Shown here: in pieces, positions 13,435 to 26,600 of the stretch
How positions within the stretch are numbered: the first letter of the stretch is position 1
Layout: every line of letters starts with the position of its first letter
Source of the DNA: Mobula hypostoma
Taxonomy: Eukaryota
DNA length: 64,000 nt
Direction: 5' to 3'
Assembly: GCF_963921235.1 (NCBI RefSeq)
Contig: NC_086108.1
Span: 95,172,001-95,236,000 of the forward strand
Made by a program: the position numbers and the translations under genes
The notes under the pieces: generated by a model
The model's input: the letters and a program-made list of their open reading frames with translations, nothing else
The model's database searches: none
Told to the model about the DNA's origin: nothing

Positions 13435-13872
13435 AACTCAGGTTGGAGGAGCAACACCTCATATACCATCTAGGTAGTCTTCAGCCCCTTGGTATGAAAT
13501 TCTCCAACTTCTGGTAATTCCCTCCCCCTCCCTCCCTCTATCTATATTTCACTCTGCCCCCTCCCCCAGCTGCCTATCACCTCCCTCATGGTTCCGCCTC
13601 CTACTACCCATTGTGTTTTCCCCTATTCTTTCTTCACCTTTCCTGCCTATCACCTCCCTGCTTCCCCTCCCCCACCCCTTTGTCTTTCCCCTTACTGGTT
13701 TTTCACCTGGAACCTACCAGTCTTCTCCTTCCCACCCTCCCCCTACCTTCTTTATAGGGCCTCTGCCCCTTTCCCCTACAGTCCTGACGAGAGGTTCCGG
13801 CCCGAAACGTCGACTCATTGTTTCCACTGATGCTACCCAACCTGCTGAGTTCCTCTAGCATGTTGTGAGTGT
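13435..13872 (+). mobile_element. Penelope 3' fragment (second subfamily) with a 14-bp TSD
   Basis: Begins [16 protein letters not shown] (ORF C-terminus), followed by a pyrimidine-rich tail with a hammerhead motif; TSD agccttaaattgtg at 13421-13434 and 13873-13886. Confidence 0.88.
13780..13815 (+). ncRNA. Minimal type I hammerhead ribozyme motif (Penelope tail); stem II imperfect
   Basis: AGTC-CTGACGA-gaGGTtccgGCCc-GAAA-C-GTC-GACT. Confidence 0.65.
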
Positions 13873-14434
13873 AGCCTTAAATTGTGTGATGCTGCTGATA
13901 TGACCTTATACCCTCTCCAACTAAGCCTTTGTAAGTTTAGAAATGCAGCAATTGTAGGGATCGTAACTGATCCCTCATCTCCAAGATGTTCAGGAAGAGT
14001 TTTTTTTCCCTTATTTGTAAGAACAAGCAGAGATGTCTATTTATAGTGTCTCAGATTTTGTGTTGTTTAGTCCTCGTGCTAGTTTATTAATAAATACCTT
14101 TCAATTTATGCATAAAAATTTTTAATTCTTTTCTCCTATTTCTCCTGGTGTCTTCAGCCATCTGGACATGTACAGGCATTATCCAAGGAATAACTTTCCT
14201 ATATCCAGGCAAATACAGAATACTTATCAGACAAAGTATGACAAAACCATACTTGAATGCTGTCAGATATCTGACATCATGAAAATTTCAAGCTGAAATC
14301 CTACCCAAATTTAGTAAAGTAACCAGAACATACAAAATCTTTTTCATTTGTAAGAATTTTATTTTGTTATATTGAAATAATATTCACAGCTTTTTAGATA
14401 AATAATTAGAAACCTACATTATTTATTGGTACAG

Positions 14435-14624
14435 GCTACTGGAGACTGACAGCAAGTCTCTGAAATCTGTAAATGGATCTCGACGCAATAGTGGATCTTC
14501 CCTGGTATCCAGTTCTTCTGCCTCCAGTAACCTGAGCCACCTGGAAGAAGATTCCTGGATACTGTGGGGGAGAATTGTTAATGAGTGGGACGATGTACGT
14601 AAAAAGAAAGAGAAGCAGATGAAG
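14435..14624 (+). CDS. EVI5: EVI5 exon A (190 nt): (R)[22 protein letters not shown]...[13 protein letters not shown]
   Basis: Acceptor tacAG ends at 14434; donor GTAAGT starts at 14625; frame open. Confidence 0.95.
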
Positions 14625-17600
14625 GTAAGTACCATACATCATCTTCCTATCATTACTGTTGTTTAAATTGAAGGGTGGAAAGTTGTTATAACATTTTTGA
14701 AAGGCAATACATTTCTGAAGCTGTGACATCTTTGGAAGTATTTGATTCAATTTGCTAATTTGTGTTGCATATATTTCTTGCACTGTTGAAGCACAGTAGT
14801 GTTGGAACGTGTTTCTTTTGGTTGCCATTCAACTTGTCCCAGGTGGTCTATAAACAGAGTAGGAATGAACAGATACAACTGTGTTGGGTCCCTTGATCCC
14901 CGATAGTAGTGGGACTTCCTTTGGAAGACTTCTGAAGCCTGAATACAGAACATCCAAACAGCTCATGACAAGATAAGGGATGGAGATGGGGGAGTTGATT
15001 GGACCTTCAAAGTCTGAGAAACTTTGAGCTGATTAATGTTACTTTTCGGAAATAACTAAGAACTATTAAATGATCTAAATAATGATTTTTAATAAGTACT
15101 TTTTAAAATGCATTAAAGATGTAAGGCTTTTAACAATTGTAGATATAATGAAAGTGATTGTCTTTCTTGGCCTAATTTGCAGCTTGGGGATTTCCACTAA
15201 AATGAATGGGAATTCTAGGTCTATGCAGATTCTGATAGACTCCCTGGTACAAAGTTGGGAATTCCCAGCACGCTTGGGTTTCTCTTCATGTTAGACTTCA
15301 TGTTCAGTGATGTACATGCCAGCACCTGTTGCACAGCTCATCTAGATTTCTGAAGGAGTCATACAACTCTGGTATGTGTCACCGCAAATGCCTGAACACT
15401 GGAGTTTCATAGAAGCACAAAACCTACAGCATAATACAGGCCCTTCGACCCACAAAGCTGTGCCAAACATGTCCTTACCTGAGAAATTACCAAGGGTTAC
15501 CCATAGCCCTCTATTTTTCTGAGCTGCATATACATGTCCAGGAGTCTCTTAAAAGACCCTATCGTATCTGCCTCCACCACTGTCGCCGGCAGCCCATTCC
15601 ACATACTAACCATTGCGTAAAAGATTTACACATTTCATTGACTCTGCCTCTCGCCGCTTCTCCCGTCAAGCTCTGAAGGCGACGCTTTCCGCCATGAGGA
15701 GGTACTTGGTGTCCCTATCCCAGACCCTTCCACACCTTCGGGACACTTTCTTCGCCGTCTGTAATGGTCCTACCCGCTATTTCATCCTCCGTCGATCCAC
15801 GCCTGCAATCGCCGTTTCTTTGACTTTGTCATGTTAGGCAAAGATCGCAAGATCTTACATCTACGGACTCCAGAGCCTGCCGGCCCCGACGCTAGCAGGC
15901 ATGAACTTCCGGTTGCGGCCCCTGCCGTTGATCTCGGCGGCTCCAACACCTCGGGACATATTCATAACCCGGACTCCAGCAACGACCATGGACAGATTCG
16001 AAGTGATTATGCAACCACCAACTGCGACTCCAGCCTTGAACTCCAGGCCGGGTCTTTATGTGCTGCTGTTGTCACTCCCGTCTCCCCTTCCCCCACCACC
16101 ACTCCGCAGCCCCGTCTTCCTCAGATCCCACCGTCAACTCCTGGGCCCTCAGAGGCTCCATCTTCCTCTCACCCCAACCCTCCCCTCTCCATTGACACCC
16201 CCAGCCTCCCCCCTCCCCCCTCTGATCCCAGCTCTCATCCGTGCCGGGTCTTTACCATCCCCTCCGACCTTCAACTGTCGGAGGCAGAACGCTCTGTTCT
16301 CAGTAAGGGCCTCACCTTTGTCCTCCTTCGCCCACACCTCAGCGAGTTCCGTGTTCGCCATGATGCGGAACTTTTCTTCCGCCGTCTCCGTCTCCGAGCC
16401 TACTTCTTCGGCAAGGACTCTTCCACCCCCACCAATGACCCCTTCTCCCGTCTTCAACCCTCCTCTTCTTCATGGACACCCCGCTCTGGTCTTCTGCCTG
16501 CCCTGGATCTCTTTATTGCCAACTGCCGACGGGACATCAACCGTCTCGACTTCACCGCACCTTGTCCCCATTCCAACCTCACTCCTTCGGAACGCTCTGC
16601 TCTCCACTCCCTCCGCACTAATCCTAACATTATTATTAAACCCGCTGATAAAGGGGGTGCTGTTGTAGTCTGGCGTACTGACCTCTACCTTGCCGAGGCA
16701 CAGCGACAACTCGCGGATACCTCCTCTTATTTACCCCTCGATCGTGACCCCACTAAGGAGCACCAGGCCATTGTCTCCCACACTATCAACGACTTTATCC
16801 GCTCAGGGGATCTCCCATCCACTGCTACCAACCTTATAGTTCCCACACCCCGCACTTCCCGTTTCTACCTCCTACCCAAGATCCACAAACCTGCCTGTCC
16901 TGGCCGACCTATTGTCTCAGCTTGCTCCTGCCCCACCGAACTCGTTTCTGCATACCTCGACACTGTTTTATCACCCCTTGTTCAATCCCTTCCGACCTAT
17001 GTTCGTGACACTTCTCACGCTCTTAAACTTTTCGATGATTTTAAGTTCCCTGGCCCCCACCGCTTTATTTTCACCATGGATGTCCAGTCCCTATATACTT
17101 CCATCCCCCATCAGGAAGGTCTCAAAGCTCTACGCTTCTTTTTGGATTCCAGACCTAATCAGTTCCCCTCTACCACCACTCTGCTCCGTCTAGCAGAATT
17201 AGTCCTTACTCTTAATAATTTCTCCTTTTGCTCCTCCCATTTCCTCCAAACTAAAGGTGTAGCTATGGGCACCCGTATGGGTCCTAGCTATGCCTGCCTT
17301 TTTGTTGGGTTTGTGGAACAATCTATGTTCCGTGCCTATTCTGGTATCTGTCCCCCACTTTTCCTTTGCTACATCGACGACTGCATTGGCGCTGCTTCCT
17401 GCACGCATGCAGAACTCGTTGACTTTATTAACTTTGCCTCCAACTTTCACCCTGCCCTCAAGTTTACCTGGTCCATTTCCGACACCTCCCTCCCCTTTCT
17501 AGATCTTTCTGTCTCTGTCTCTGGAGACAGCTTATCCACTGATGTCTACTATAAGCCTACTGACTCTCACAGCTATCTGGACTATTCCTCTTCTCACCCT

Positions 17601-20600
17601 GTCTCTTGCAAAAACGCCATCCCCTTCTCGCAATTCCTCCGTCTCCGCCGCATCTGCTCTCAGGATGAGGCTTTTCATTCTAGGACGAGGGAGATGTCTT
17701 CATTTTTTTAAAGAAAGGGGCTTCCCTTCCTCCACTATCAACTCTGCTCTTAAACGCATCTCCCCCATTTCACGTACATCTGCTCTCACTCCATCCTCCC
17801 ACCACCCCACTAGGAATAGGGTTCCCCTGGTCCTCACCTACCACCCCACCAGCCTCCGGGTCCAACATATTATTCTCCGTAACTTCCGCCACCTCCAACG
17901 GGATCCCACCACTAAGCATATCTTTCCCTCCCCGCCTCTCTCTGCATTCCGCAGGGATCGCTCCCTACACAACTCCCTTGTCCATTCGTCCCCCCCATCC
18001 CTCCCCACTGATCTCCCTGCTGGCACTTATCCGTGTAAGCGGAACAAGTGCTACACATGCCCTTACACTTCCTCCCTTACCACCATTCAGGGCCCCAAAC
18101 AGTCCTTCCAGGTGAGGCATCACTTCACCTGTGAGTCGACTGGGGTGATATACTGCGTCCGGTGCTCCCGATGTGGCCTTTTATATATTGGTGAGACCCG
18201 ACGCAGACTGGGAGACCGCTTTGCTGAACATCTACGCTCTGTCCGCCAGAGAAAGCAGGATCTCCCAGTGGCCACACATTTTAATTCCACATCCCATTCC
18301 CATTCTGACATGTCTATCCACGGCCTCCTCTACTGTAAAGATGAAGCCACACTCAGGTTGGAGGAACAACACCTTATATTCCGTATGGGTAGCCTCCAAC
18401 CTGATGGCATGAACATTGACTTCTCTAACTTCCGCTAGGCCCCACCTCCCCCTCGTACCCCATCTGTTACTCTTTTTTATGCACACATTCTTTCTCTCAC
18501 TCTCCTTTTTCTCCCTCTGTCCCTCTGAATATACCTCTTGCCCATCCTCTGGGTCACCCCCCCCCCCGTCTTTCTTCCCGGACCTCCTGTCCCATGATCC
18601 TCTCGTATCCCCTTCTGCCTATCACCTGTCCAGCTCTCGGCTCCATCCCTCCCCCTCCTGTCTTCTCCTATCATTTTGCATCTCCCCCTCCCCCTCCAGC
18701 TTTCAAATCCCTTACTCACTCTTCCTTCAGTTAGTCCTGACGAAGGGTCTCGGCCTGAAACGTCGACTGCGCCTCTTCCTATAGATGCTGCCTGGCCTGC
18801 TGCGTTCACCAGCAACTTTGATGTGTGTTACCCCTGATATCTCCTCTGTACCTACTTCCAAGCACCTTAAAACTGTGCCCTCTCGTTCTAGCCATTTCAG
18901 CCCTGTGAAAAAGCCTCTGACTATCCACACGGTCAATGTCTCTTATCATCTTATTCACCTCTATCAGGTCACCTCTCATCCTTTATCGCTCCAAGGAAAA
19001 AAGGCCGAGTTCACTCAACCAATGTTTATTTGGTAGCTAAGTGTTTATTTAAGCAAATCATCCTGAAGTTTGGAAACTGTCTAGCGAAACTTGTACCCTC
19101 TTCACTAGGAAGGTAATAAAAGAAGAATGGAAGGCCTTACATATTGACCAACATTTCCATTGTAACTCCCATCTTCAGAAGGAGTTTCTGTCTGGAACTT
19201 CTCAGTATAGTCTACTCGGTTTTGTCTAATCTCATGTAGTGCATTATGCCAGTACAAAATTTCTTCCAAATTCTTCTACATTCAACCTTTAGGCTCTTGT
19301 GGTAATCTTTCAAAATGACAATCAAAATTTAACACCAGGTATTCACCTGGTGGGTTAGGTGTTAGATATTTGAATTAAATTGCAGAAAATGAACAGTGCA
19401 ATATTTGGAAAAAGTTACAGAGTGGAAATGATCAAACTGAGCTAATTTTATCTCCTTTGACATGAAATTTAGGGCATTTCGTATCCCTCCTTTTGGTGCA
19501 GTTTAAATTTTCTTCAATGTTGAGGTATTTGGAATTGCCACTGTTAGTAAAACTAGTTGAGCTTCCTCACTGAGCTCGTATGCAAATTTGGCTCATTAAA
19601 CTAACAGCCACGTGATTCAGCGGTGAGAAGTCCACCTTTCATAAACAATGCACGTCTAGGGTCAGTATGTTCTGGAGTTCAATAAAATAGAAATGTTGTG
19701 ATGTTCGATTAAAGAAACCTTGATTTGAGCAAATGTTATGTAAAAATTGCCCATACGCGGTTATTGGTCAACAAGAAATTACAGATAGTACACTGCATAA
19801 AATTATAAAGAAAGTATATTTACTAATTTCAGTTTTATCAGATAGTTATTAGGAAAAATAAAGAAAATAAAAGGACCCTTTACAGTTAAAGCAGTCCAAT
19901 CTGCACATAACTGTTCGAGCTCGTCTCTTCCAAAACTGGGTATTTGTGGGTGTATCTCTTACTCACACGCTGGACCCATGTTCTGCGTGAAAACACCCAG
20001 TACATTTTGAACTCCTGTTGAAGACCATCTCGAGCAGACTGCCCCTCTTTTTCACGAGTATCACAAAGCACTTCTATACCAAACGATTATGCAACCAGTC
20101 AGAATGCTGTCCACCATACGTCTTGAGAAATTTGCAAGAATTTTTGGTCAAATACCAAATCTCCTCAAACCCCTAATAAAATACCCTTCCATCCTACTCC
20201 GCAGCTCCCGCCAAAAGACCCCAAACTGGACTGTCTGTAACAAAACTCTCTCTGTCCTGCTTTCTCTGGATCCCATCATTCTGATTGGCTGATGCCACAT
20301 TCCTGACTTGAACAGCAGGACTTCTTGTCTTTAGCCGGAACCAAAACATTTTACTAGCAGGGCACACTGGTTTTGCAGAAAACTCCTGAAATGAAATACC
20401 TGCAGCATAGCAGTACAAACATTTCTGCTAATGTAACAGCTGAATCTCAATCTTTTTCAAAGGTAGAATATTCCTTAAAATGATGAAAACAAAACAACGT
20501 GAAACGTCCTGGGGGGAAAAAAGATGACTGGCACTCTTAAAAGCAGTTACTTGGATTTTATATGCTAGATTTTAACTCTTGCTTAAGCAATACCAAGACA

Positions 20601-23600
20601 AGGTTGATACTGTGGGCAGTTGTCGCTTAAAAGGATTTCTGGACATTTGTCACAACATGTTTGAATAGTTTGTTCTCTGTGATTGAACTGAACACTAAGA
20701 AGTCATCACAAGTTTTGAGGTATCAACTGTTTTAGTTTTCTTTAAGAAAAAAACACAAATCATTTATCATATCTGAAAACAAGTTTTTTGAGCACTTAGG
20801 TAATTGTAGCATTTTCACTGTCACTTTTACTCGTTAACCATTTGATAGTAAGGAAGGCAAGCGCTTTGTTAGCATTCAATTTGAGGGGACTAGAATACAA
20901 AAGCAAAAATGCAATTCTGAGGCTTTATAAGGCATTCGTCAGACTACATTTGGAATATTGTGAGCAGTTTTTGGCCCCATATGTAAGAAAGGATGTGCTG
21001 GCATTGGAGAGGGTCCAGAGGAGGTTTACGAGAATTATCCCAGGAATGAAAGAGTTAATGTATGAGGAATGTTTGATCGCTCTGGGCCTGTACTCACTGC
21101 AGTTTAGAATAATGAGGGTGGGGGAAATGTCATTGAAACCTATTAATATTGAAAGACATAGACAGAATGGACATATTGTTACAGAATGCTGTAACAAAAA
21201 CAGCACGGAAACAGGCCATCTCGGCCCTTCTAGTCTGTGCTGAACTCTTACTCTCACCGAGTCCCACCGATCTGCACTCAGCCCATAACCCTCCATTCCT
21301 TTCCTGTCCGTATAACTATCCAATTTACCTTTAAACAACAACATCGAACCTGCCTCAACCACTTCTGCTGGAAGCTCGTTCCAAACAGCCACCACTCTCT
21401 GAGTAAAGAAGTTCCCCCTCATGTTACCCCTAAACTTTTGCCCTTCAACTCTCAACTCATATCTTCTTGTTTGAATCTTCCCCACTCTTAATGGAAAATG
21501 CCTATCCACGTCAACTCTATTTATCCCCCTCATAATTTTAAATACCTCTATCAAGTCCCCCCTCAACCTTCTACACTCCAAAGAATAAAGACCTAACTTG
21601 TTCAACCTTTCTCTGTAACTTAGGAGATGAAACCCAGGCAGCATTTTAGTAAACCTCCTCTGTACTCTCTCAATTTTTTTGACATCTTTCCTATAATTTG
21701 GTGACCAGAACCGTACACAGTACTCCAAATTTGGCCTTACCAATGCCTTATACAATTTCAACATTGCATCCCAACTCCTATACTCAATTAATAAAGGCCA
21801 GCATACCAAAAGCTTTCTTCACCACCCTATCCACATGAGATTCCACCTTCAGGGAACTATGCACCATTATTCCTAGATCCCTCTGTTCTACAGCATTCTT
21901 CAATGCCCTACCATTTACCATGTATGTCCTATTTTGATTAGTCCTACCAAAATGTAGCACCTCACATTTTTCAGCATTAAACTCCATCTGCCATCTTTTA
22001 GCCCACTCTTCTAACTGTCCTAAATCTCTCTGCAAACTTTGAAAACCTACCTCATCATCCACAACGCCACCTATCTTAGTATCATCTGCATACTTACTCA
22101 TCCAATTTACCACCCCATCATCCAGATCATTAATATATATGACAAACAACATTGGACCCAGTACAGATCCCTGAGGCACAGTGCTACACAACGTCCTCCA
22201 ATTTGACACACAGTTATCCACCACTACTCTCTGGCGTCTCCCATCTAGCCACTGCTGAATCCATTTTACTACTTCCATATTAATGCCTAACGATTGAACC
22301 TTCCTAACTAACCTTCCGTGTGGAACCTTGTCAAAGGCCTTACTGAAGTCCATATAGACAACATCCACCGCTTTACCCTAGTCAACTTTCTTAGTAACCT
22401 CATCAAAAAATTCAATAAGATTTGTCAAACATGACCTTCCACGCACAAATCCATGTTGACTGTTCCTAATCAGACCCTGTCTATCCAGATAATTATATAT
22501 ACCATCTCTAAGAATACTTTCCATCAATTTACCCACTGCTGACGTCAAACTCACAGGCTGATAATTGCTAGGTTTACTCTTAGAACCCTTTTTAAACAAT
22601 GGAACCACATAAGCAATACGCCAGTCCTCCGGCACCATCCCCGTTTCTAATGACATTTGAAATATTTCTGTCAGAGCCCTTGCTATTTCTACACTAACTT
22701 CCCTCAAGGTCCGAGGGAATATCTTGTCTGGACCCGGAGACTTATCCACTTTTATATTTCTTAAAAGCGCCAGTACTTCCTCTTCTTTAATTGTCATACT
22801 TTCCATAACTACCCTTCTTGTTTCCTTTACCTTACACAATTCAATATCCTTCTCCTTAGTGAATACCGAAGAAAATAAATTGTTCAAAATCTCCCCCCAT
22901 CTCTTTTGGCTCCGCACATAGCCGTCCACTCTGATTCTCCAAGGGACCAATTTTATCCCTCACTATCCTTTTGCCACTAACATAACTGTAGAAACCCTTT
23001 GGATTTATTTTCACCTTACTTGCCAAAGCTGTCTCGATGGTCAAGATGTATCCATGAGCGGAAGAGACAAGCGGGCACAGTCTCAGAATAGAAGGATGTC
23101 CCTTTGAAACAGATGAGGATGAATTTCTTTAGCCAGAGGGTGGTGAATCTGTGAAATTCAGTACCACTGGTGGCTCTGGAGGCAAAATGATTTGGTGTAT
23201 TTAAAGTGGAGCTTGATATATTTTTGATTTTAATGGCGTCAAAGTTTACGAGGAGAAGACAGGAGAATGGGGTTGAGAGGGAAAGTCAGCCATGATCGAA
23301 TGGCGGAGCAGGCTCGACAGGCTGAATGGCCTAATTCTACTCCTATATAATGTCGTCTTGCAGCCTAACTTGACACAGAAAAGGAACCAGGTTATTTTGC
23401 TGTCATTTAAACTAATACATTTAGATTCAGTTTAGGATTATTTTGAATAGTAGATCTCAGACAATATCCAGGCTTCTTAGTTCCAAAGATAGTAAAATTA
23501 TTGTAGTAATGCAGCCAGTGTCATATTGGTAAATAAAGCAATCTATGTACATAGAGCAACATTCCAGAGAAAGCAAGTTAATAAATAGGACTGTTGACCA

Positions 23601-26600
23601 TGACATGGTGAAAACTAACTAAGAATTATACAGTACAATGTTAGTATACAGGGCCTCTGAACCCATTGTACTTGCACAGCAATCCTAAAAAGCCTCTTTC
23701 CCGTAGCCCTTTACAGTGAGCAAATTATCATGCAACATGGAAACAGGTCTTTCGACCCAATGTCATGCTGCTGGAGTTGCTTCAATTTGCCTGCACTTGG
23801 CACGTGTTCCAGATGTCTTTTAAACATTGTAATTATTCCCCTACGTACACACGTGCACGCAGACACATGTTACAATGACATTTCTTCACGTTATAATAAA
23901 ATTGATTAATCGCTGCTGGTTCAGAGCACTTTACTCAATATCATTGTCAGTTTCCGCAAACACTGCCAATTCCAATCAGATTTCCATCACCTTAATGAAT
24001 TTAAAGAAGGACAAAATGCATAACTAAATATTAGTTTATGAGCACTTTTGTGCGGTATGAGCAATAATATAGGCCAGTTTATTCGTAATTTGTGCAGCCA
24101 GCTTTAATACAATATGTCATAACCCTCAACATTTTTACACACTGAACATTGCATATTAGACAACTGATATACATGAATGAAGTTATTAACAACCATCAGT
24201 ATCTTGTGTGGAGCTAAACGGGGGAAAAGAAAGCTGGCTATGATCACAACATTTTTCCTCTTCCTCCTGACCATAACTTCTCCCTCTGTAGATAACATAT
24301 TACCCATCTGTCACTTGAAATCCCTCTTGCTAAGTATGTTACTTGATGCCCTGTGTCAAATTTCATCTGCAAAGATGCGCTGTGTCAAATTTCGTTTCCT
24401 CTGACTGATTCTTGCAAATTTCTATAGACGTATGGTGGGGAGCATTCTGTTTGGTATAGAGGGTCCAATGTACTGGATTTAAAGAGGCTGAGAAAGGTTG
24501 CAGACTCCATTCATGGCCATAAGCTTCCCTGCCATCAAGGACATCTTCCAAAGGCAGAGCCTCAAGAAGACAGCATTATTTGCATCAAGGAGGAGGGGCA
24601 AGAGCCTCAAGACCCACACTCAGTGTTTTAGGAGCAGCTTCTATCCCCCTCTGCCATTAGATATCTGAATGGTCCATGAACACTACCCTGCTTTCATAGT
24701 CATAGAACACTCCAGCACAGAAACAGGCCCTTCGGCCTGTCTCATCTGCCGAGTCGTTCATCTGCCTAGTCCCATCGACCTGCACTTCGGCCTTAGACCT
24801 TCATACCCCTGTCATCCATGTCCCTGTCCAAATTTCTTTTAAACGTTGAAATTGATCCCACCTCCACCACTTGTACTGGCAGCTTGTTCCACACCTTTAG
24901 AGTAAAGAAGTTCCCCATGTTCTCCTTAAAACTTTTCACCTTTCACCCTTTACCCATGACCTCAAGTTGGAGTCTCACCAAACCTCAGTGGAAAAAGTCT
25001 GCTTTCATTTACCCTACCTATACCGCTCACAATATATAGTATCTCTCTCAAATTTCCCCTCAGTCTTCTGTGTTCTGGAAAAGGTCCTAACCTATTTAAC
25101 GTTTCTCTGACTGAGGTCCTCATGTCCTGGCAACATCCTGGTAAAATTTCTCTGCACTCTTTCAATCTTACTGATACCTTTCTTATAGGTAGGTGACCAG
25201 AGCTACACACAAGATTCCAAATTAAGCCATACCAATGTCTTGTACAACTTCAGTATAACATCGCAACTTTTGTACTCAAAAACAGTGATTTATGAAGGAT
25301 ATCAAAGCTTTCTTTATGACCCCATCTATCTGTGATGTAAGGAAATATGGATCTGTATTCCCAGATTTGTCTGTTTTCCACCCTTCTCGGTGTTCTACTG
25401 CTCACTGTGAAGACCCACCCTCGTTTGTTCTCCCAAAGTGCAAAATCTCGCACTTGGCTACGTTAAATTCCATCTGCCGTCTTTCAGCTCATTTTTCCAG
25501 TTGGTTCGGATCTTGCTGGAAGCTTTGATAGTCCTCCTCGCTGTCCAGTGCACCCCAATCTTGGTGCCATCTACAAATTTACTGATCCAGTTTACCACAT
25601 TATCATCCAGATGATACAGATGACAAACAACGACGAACCCAGCACTGATCCCTGCGGCACATCACTTTGTCACAGACCCCCACTCAGAGCAGCAACCATC
25701 TACAACTGCTCTCTGGCTTCTTACGTGGCCAATGTCTAATTCAAATTACTACCTCTTCTTGAATGCCAGCAACTGAACTTCCTTGACCAAGATCCCATGC
25801 GGGACCTTGTTAGAGGCCTTGCTAAAGTCCATGTAGACAACATCCACTGTCTTGCCTTCGTCAGCTTCCTCGAAAAACTCCAGAAGATTGGTTAGACTTG
25901 ATTTACTGTGTACAAAGCCATGTTGACTATCCCTTATCAGTCCCTGTCTGTCCAAATACTGACATATCTGGTCCCTTAGAATGCCTTAAAATAACTCCCC
26001 ACTACTGATGTCAGGCTCACCAGCATATAATTTCCTGGCTATTCTCAGAGCCTTTCTTAAATAATGGAACTACATTAGCTATCCTCCAATCCTCTGGCAC
26101 CTCATCTGTGGCTACAGATGTTTCAAATATCTCTGCTAGGGCCCCCTGCAATTTCTGCACTAGCCTCCCACAGGGTCCAAGGGAACAGCTTGTCAGGCCC
26201 TGGGGATTTATCCACGCTAATTTGCCTCAACACTAAACACCTCATCCTCTGTAATCTGCGTTGGTCCATGACCATGCTGCTGCTGCTTTGCCTCACTTCT
26301 GTTTACCCTGTGCTTGTCTCCTGAGTAAATCTCGATACGAAAAATATCATTTTAAGACTTCTCCCATTTTTTTTTGGCTCCACGCATAGATTAAGACTCT
26401 GATCTTCCAGAGGACCAAATTTGTCCCTTGCTATTATTTTGCTCTTAAGATATCTGTAGAAGCTCTAAGATTGTCCTTCACCTTACCTGCTAGAGCAGCC
26501 TTATGTCTTCTTTAAGACCTCCCTTTTTCCTTAAGTATTCTCTTGCATTTCTTATACTCCTTGAGTACCTCATTTGTTCCCGTCTGCCTATACTTGCTGT

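Larger units (their letters stand above)
15408..19020 (-). mobile_element. CR1 3' fragment split in two (15408-15622 and about 18828-19020) by the Penelope insertion
   Basis: The two halves join into the sequence seen uninterrupted at 63437-63860 (tgcgtaaaaaaaacttacccctgacatctcc). Confidence 0.88.

Noticed and set aside
14436..14828. 130-aa antisense ORF over exon A
   Set aside because: No recognisable features; partly the antisense shadow of the EVI5 exon.
15901..16668. 255-aa overlapping ORF in the Penelope element
   Set aside because: Alternative frame of C-rich, stop-poor sequence with no recognisable domain.
17700..17715. Programmed ribosomal frameshift at the TTTTTTTAAAG between Penelope RT and endonuclease ORFs
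   Set aside because: The sister copy (480-490) has one fewer T and is in frame, so a mutation or sequencing indel is simpler.
20925..21809. 294-aa minus ORF as a single gene
   Set aside because: Chimeric: the CR1 ORF2 C-terminus reads on across the insertion junction into the antisense of an older CR1.
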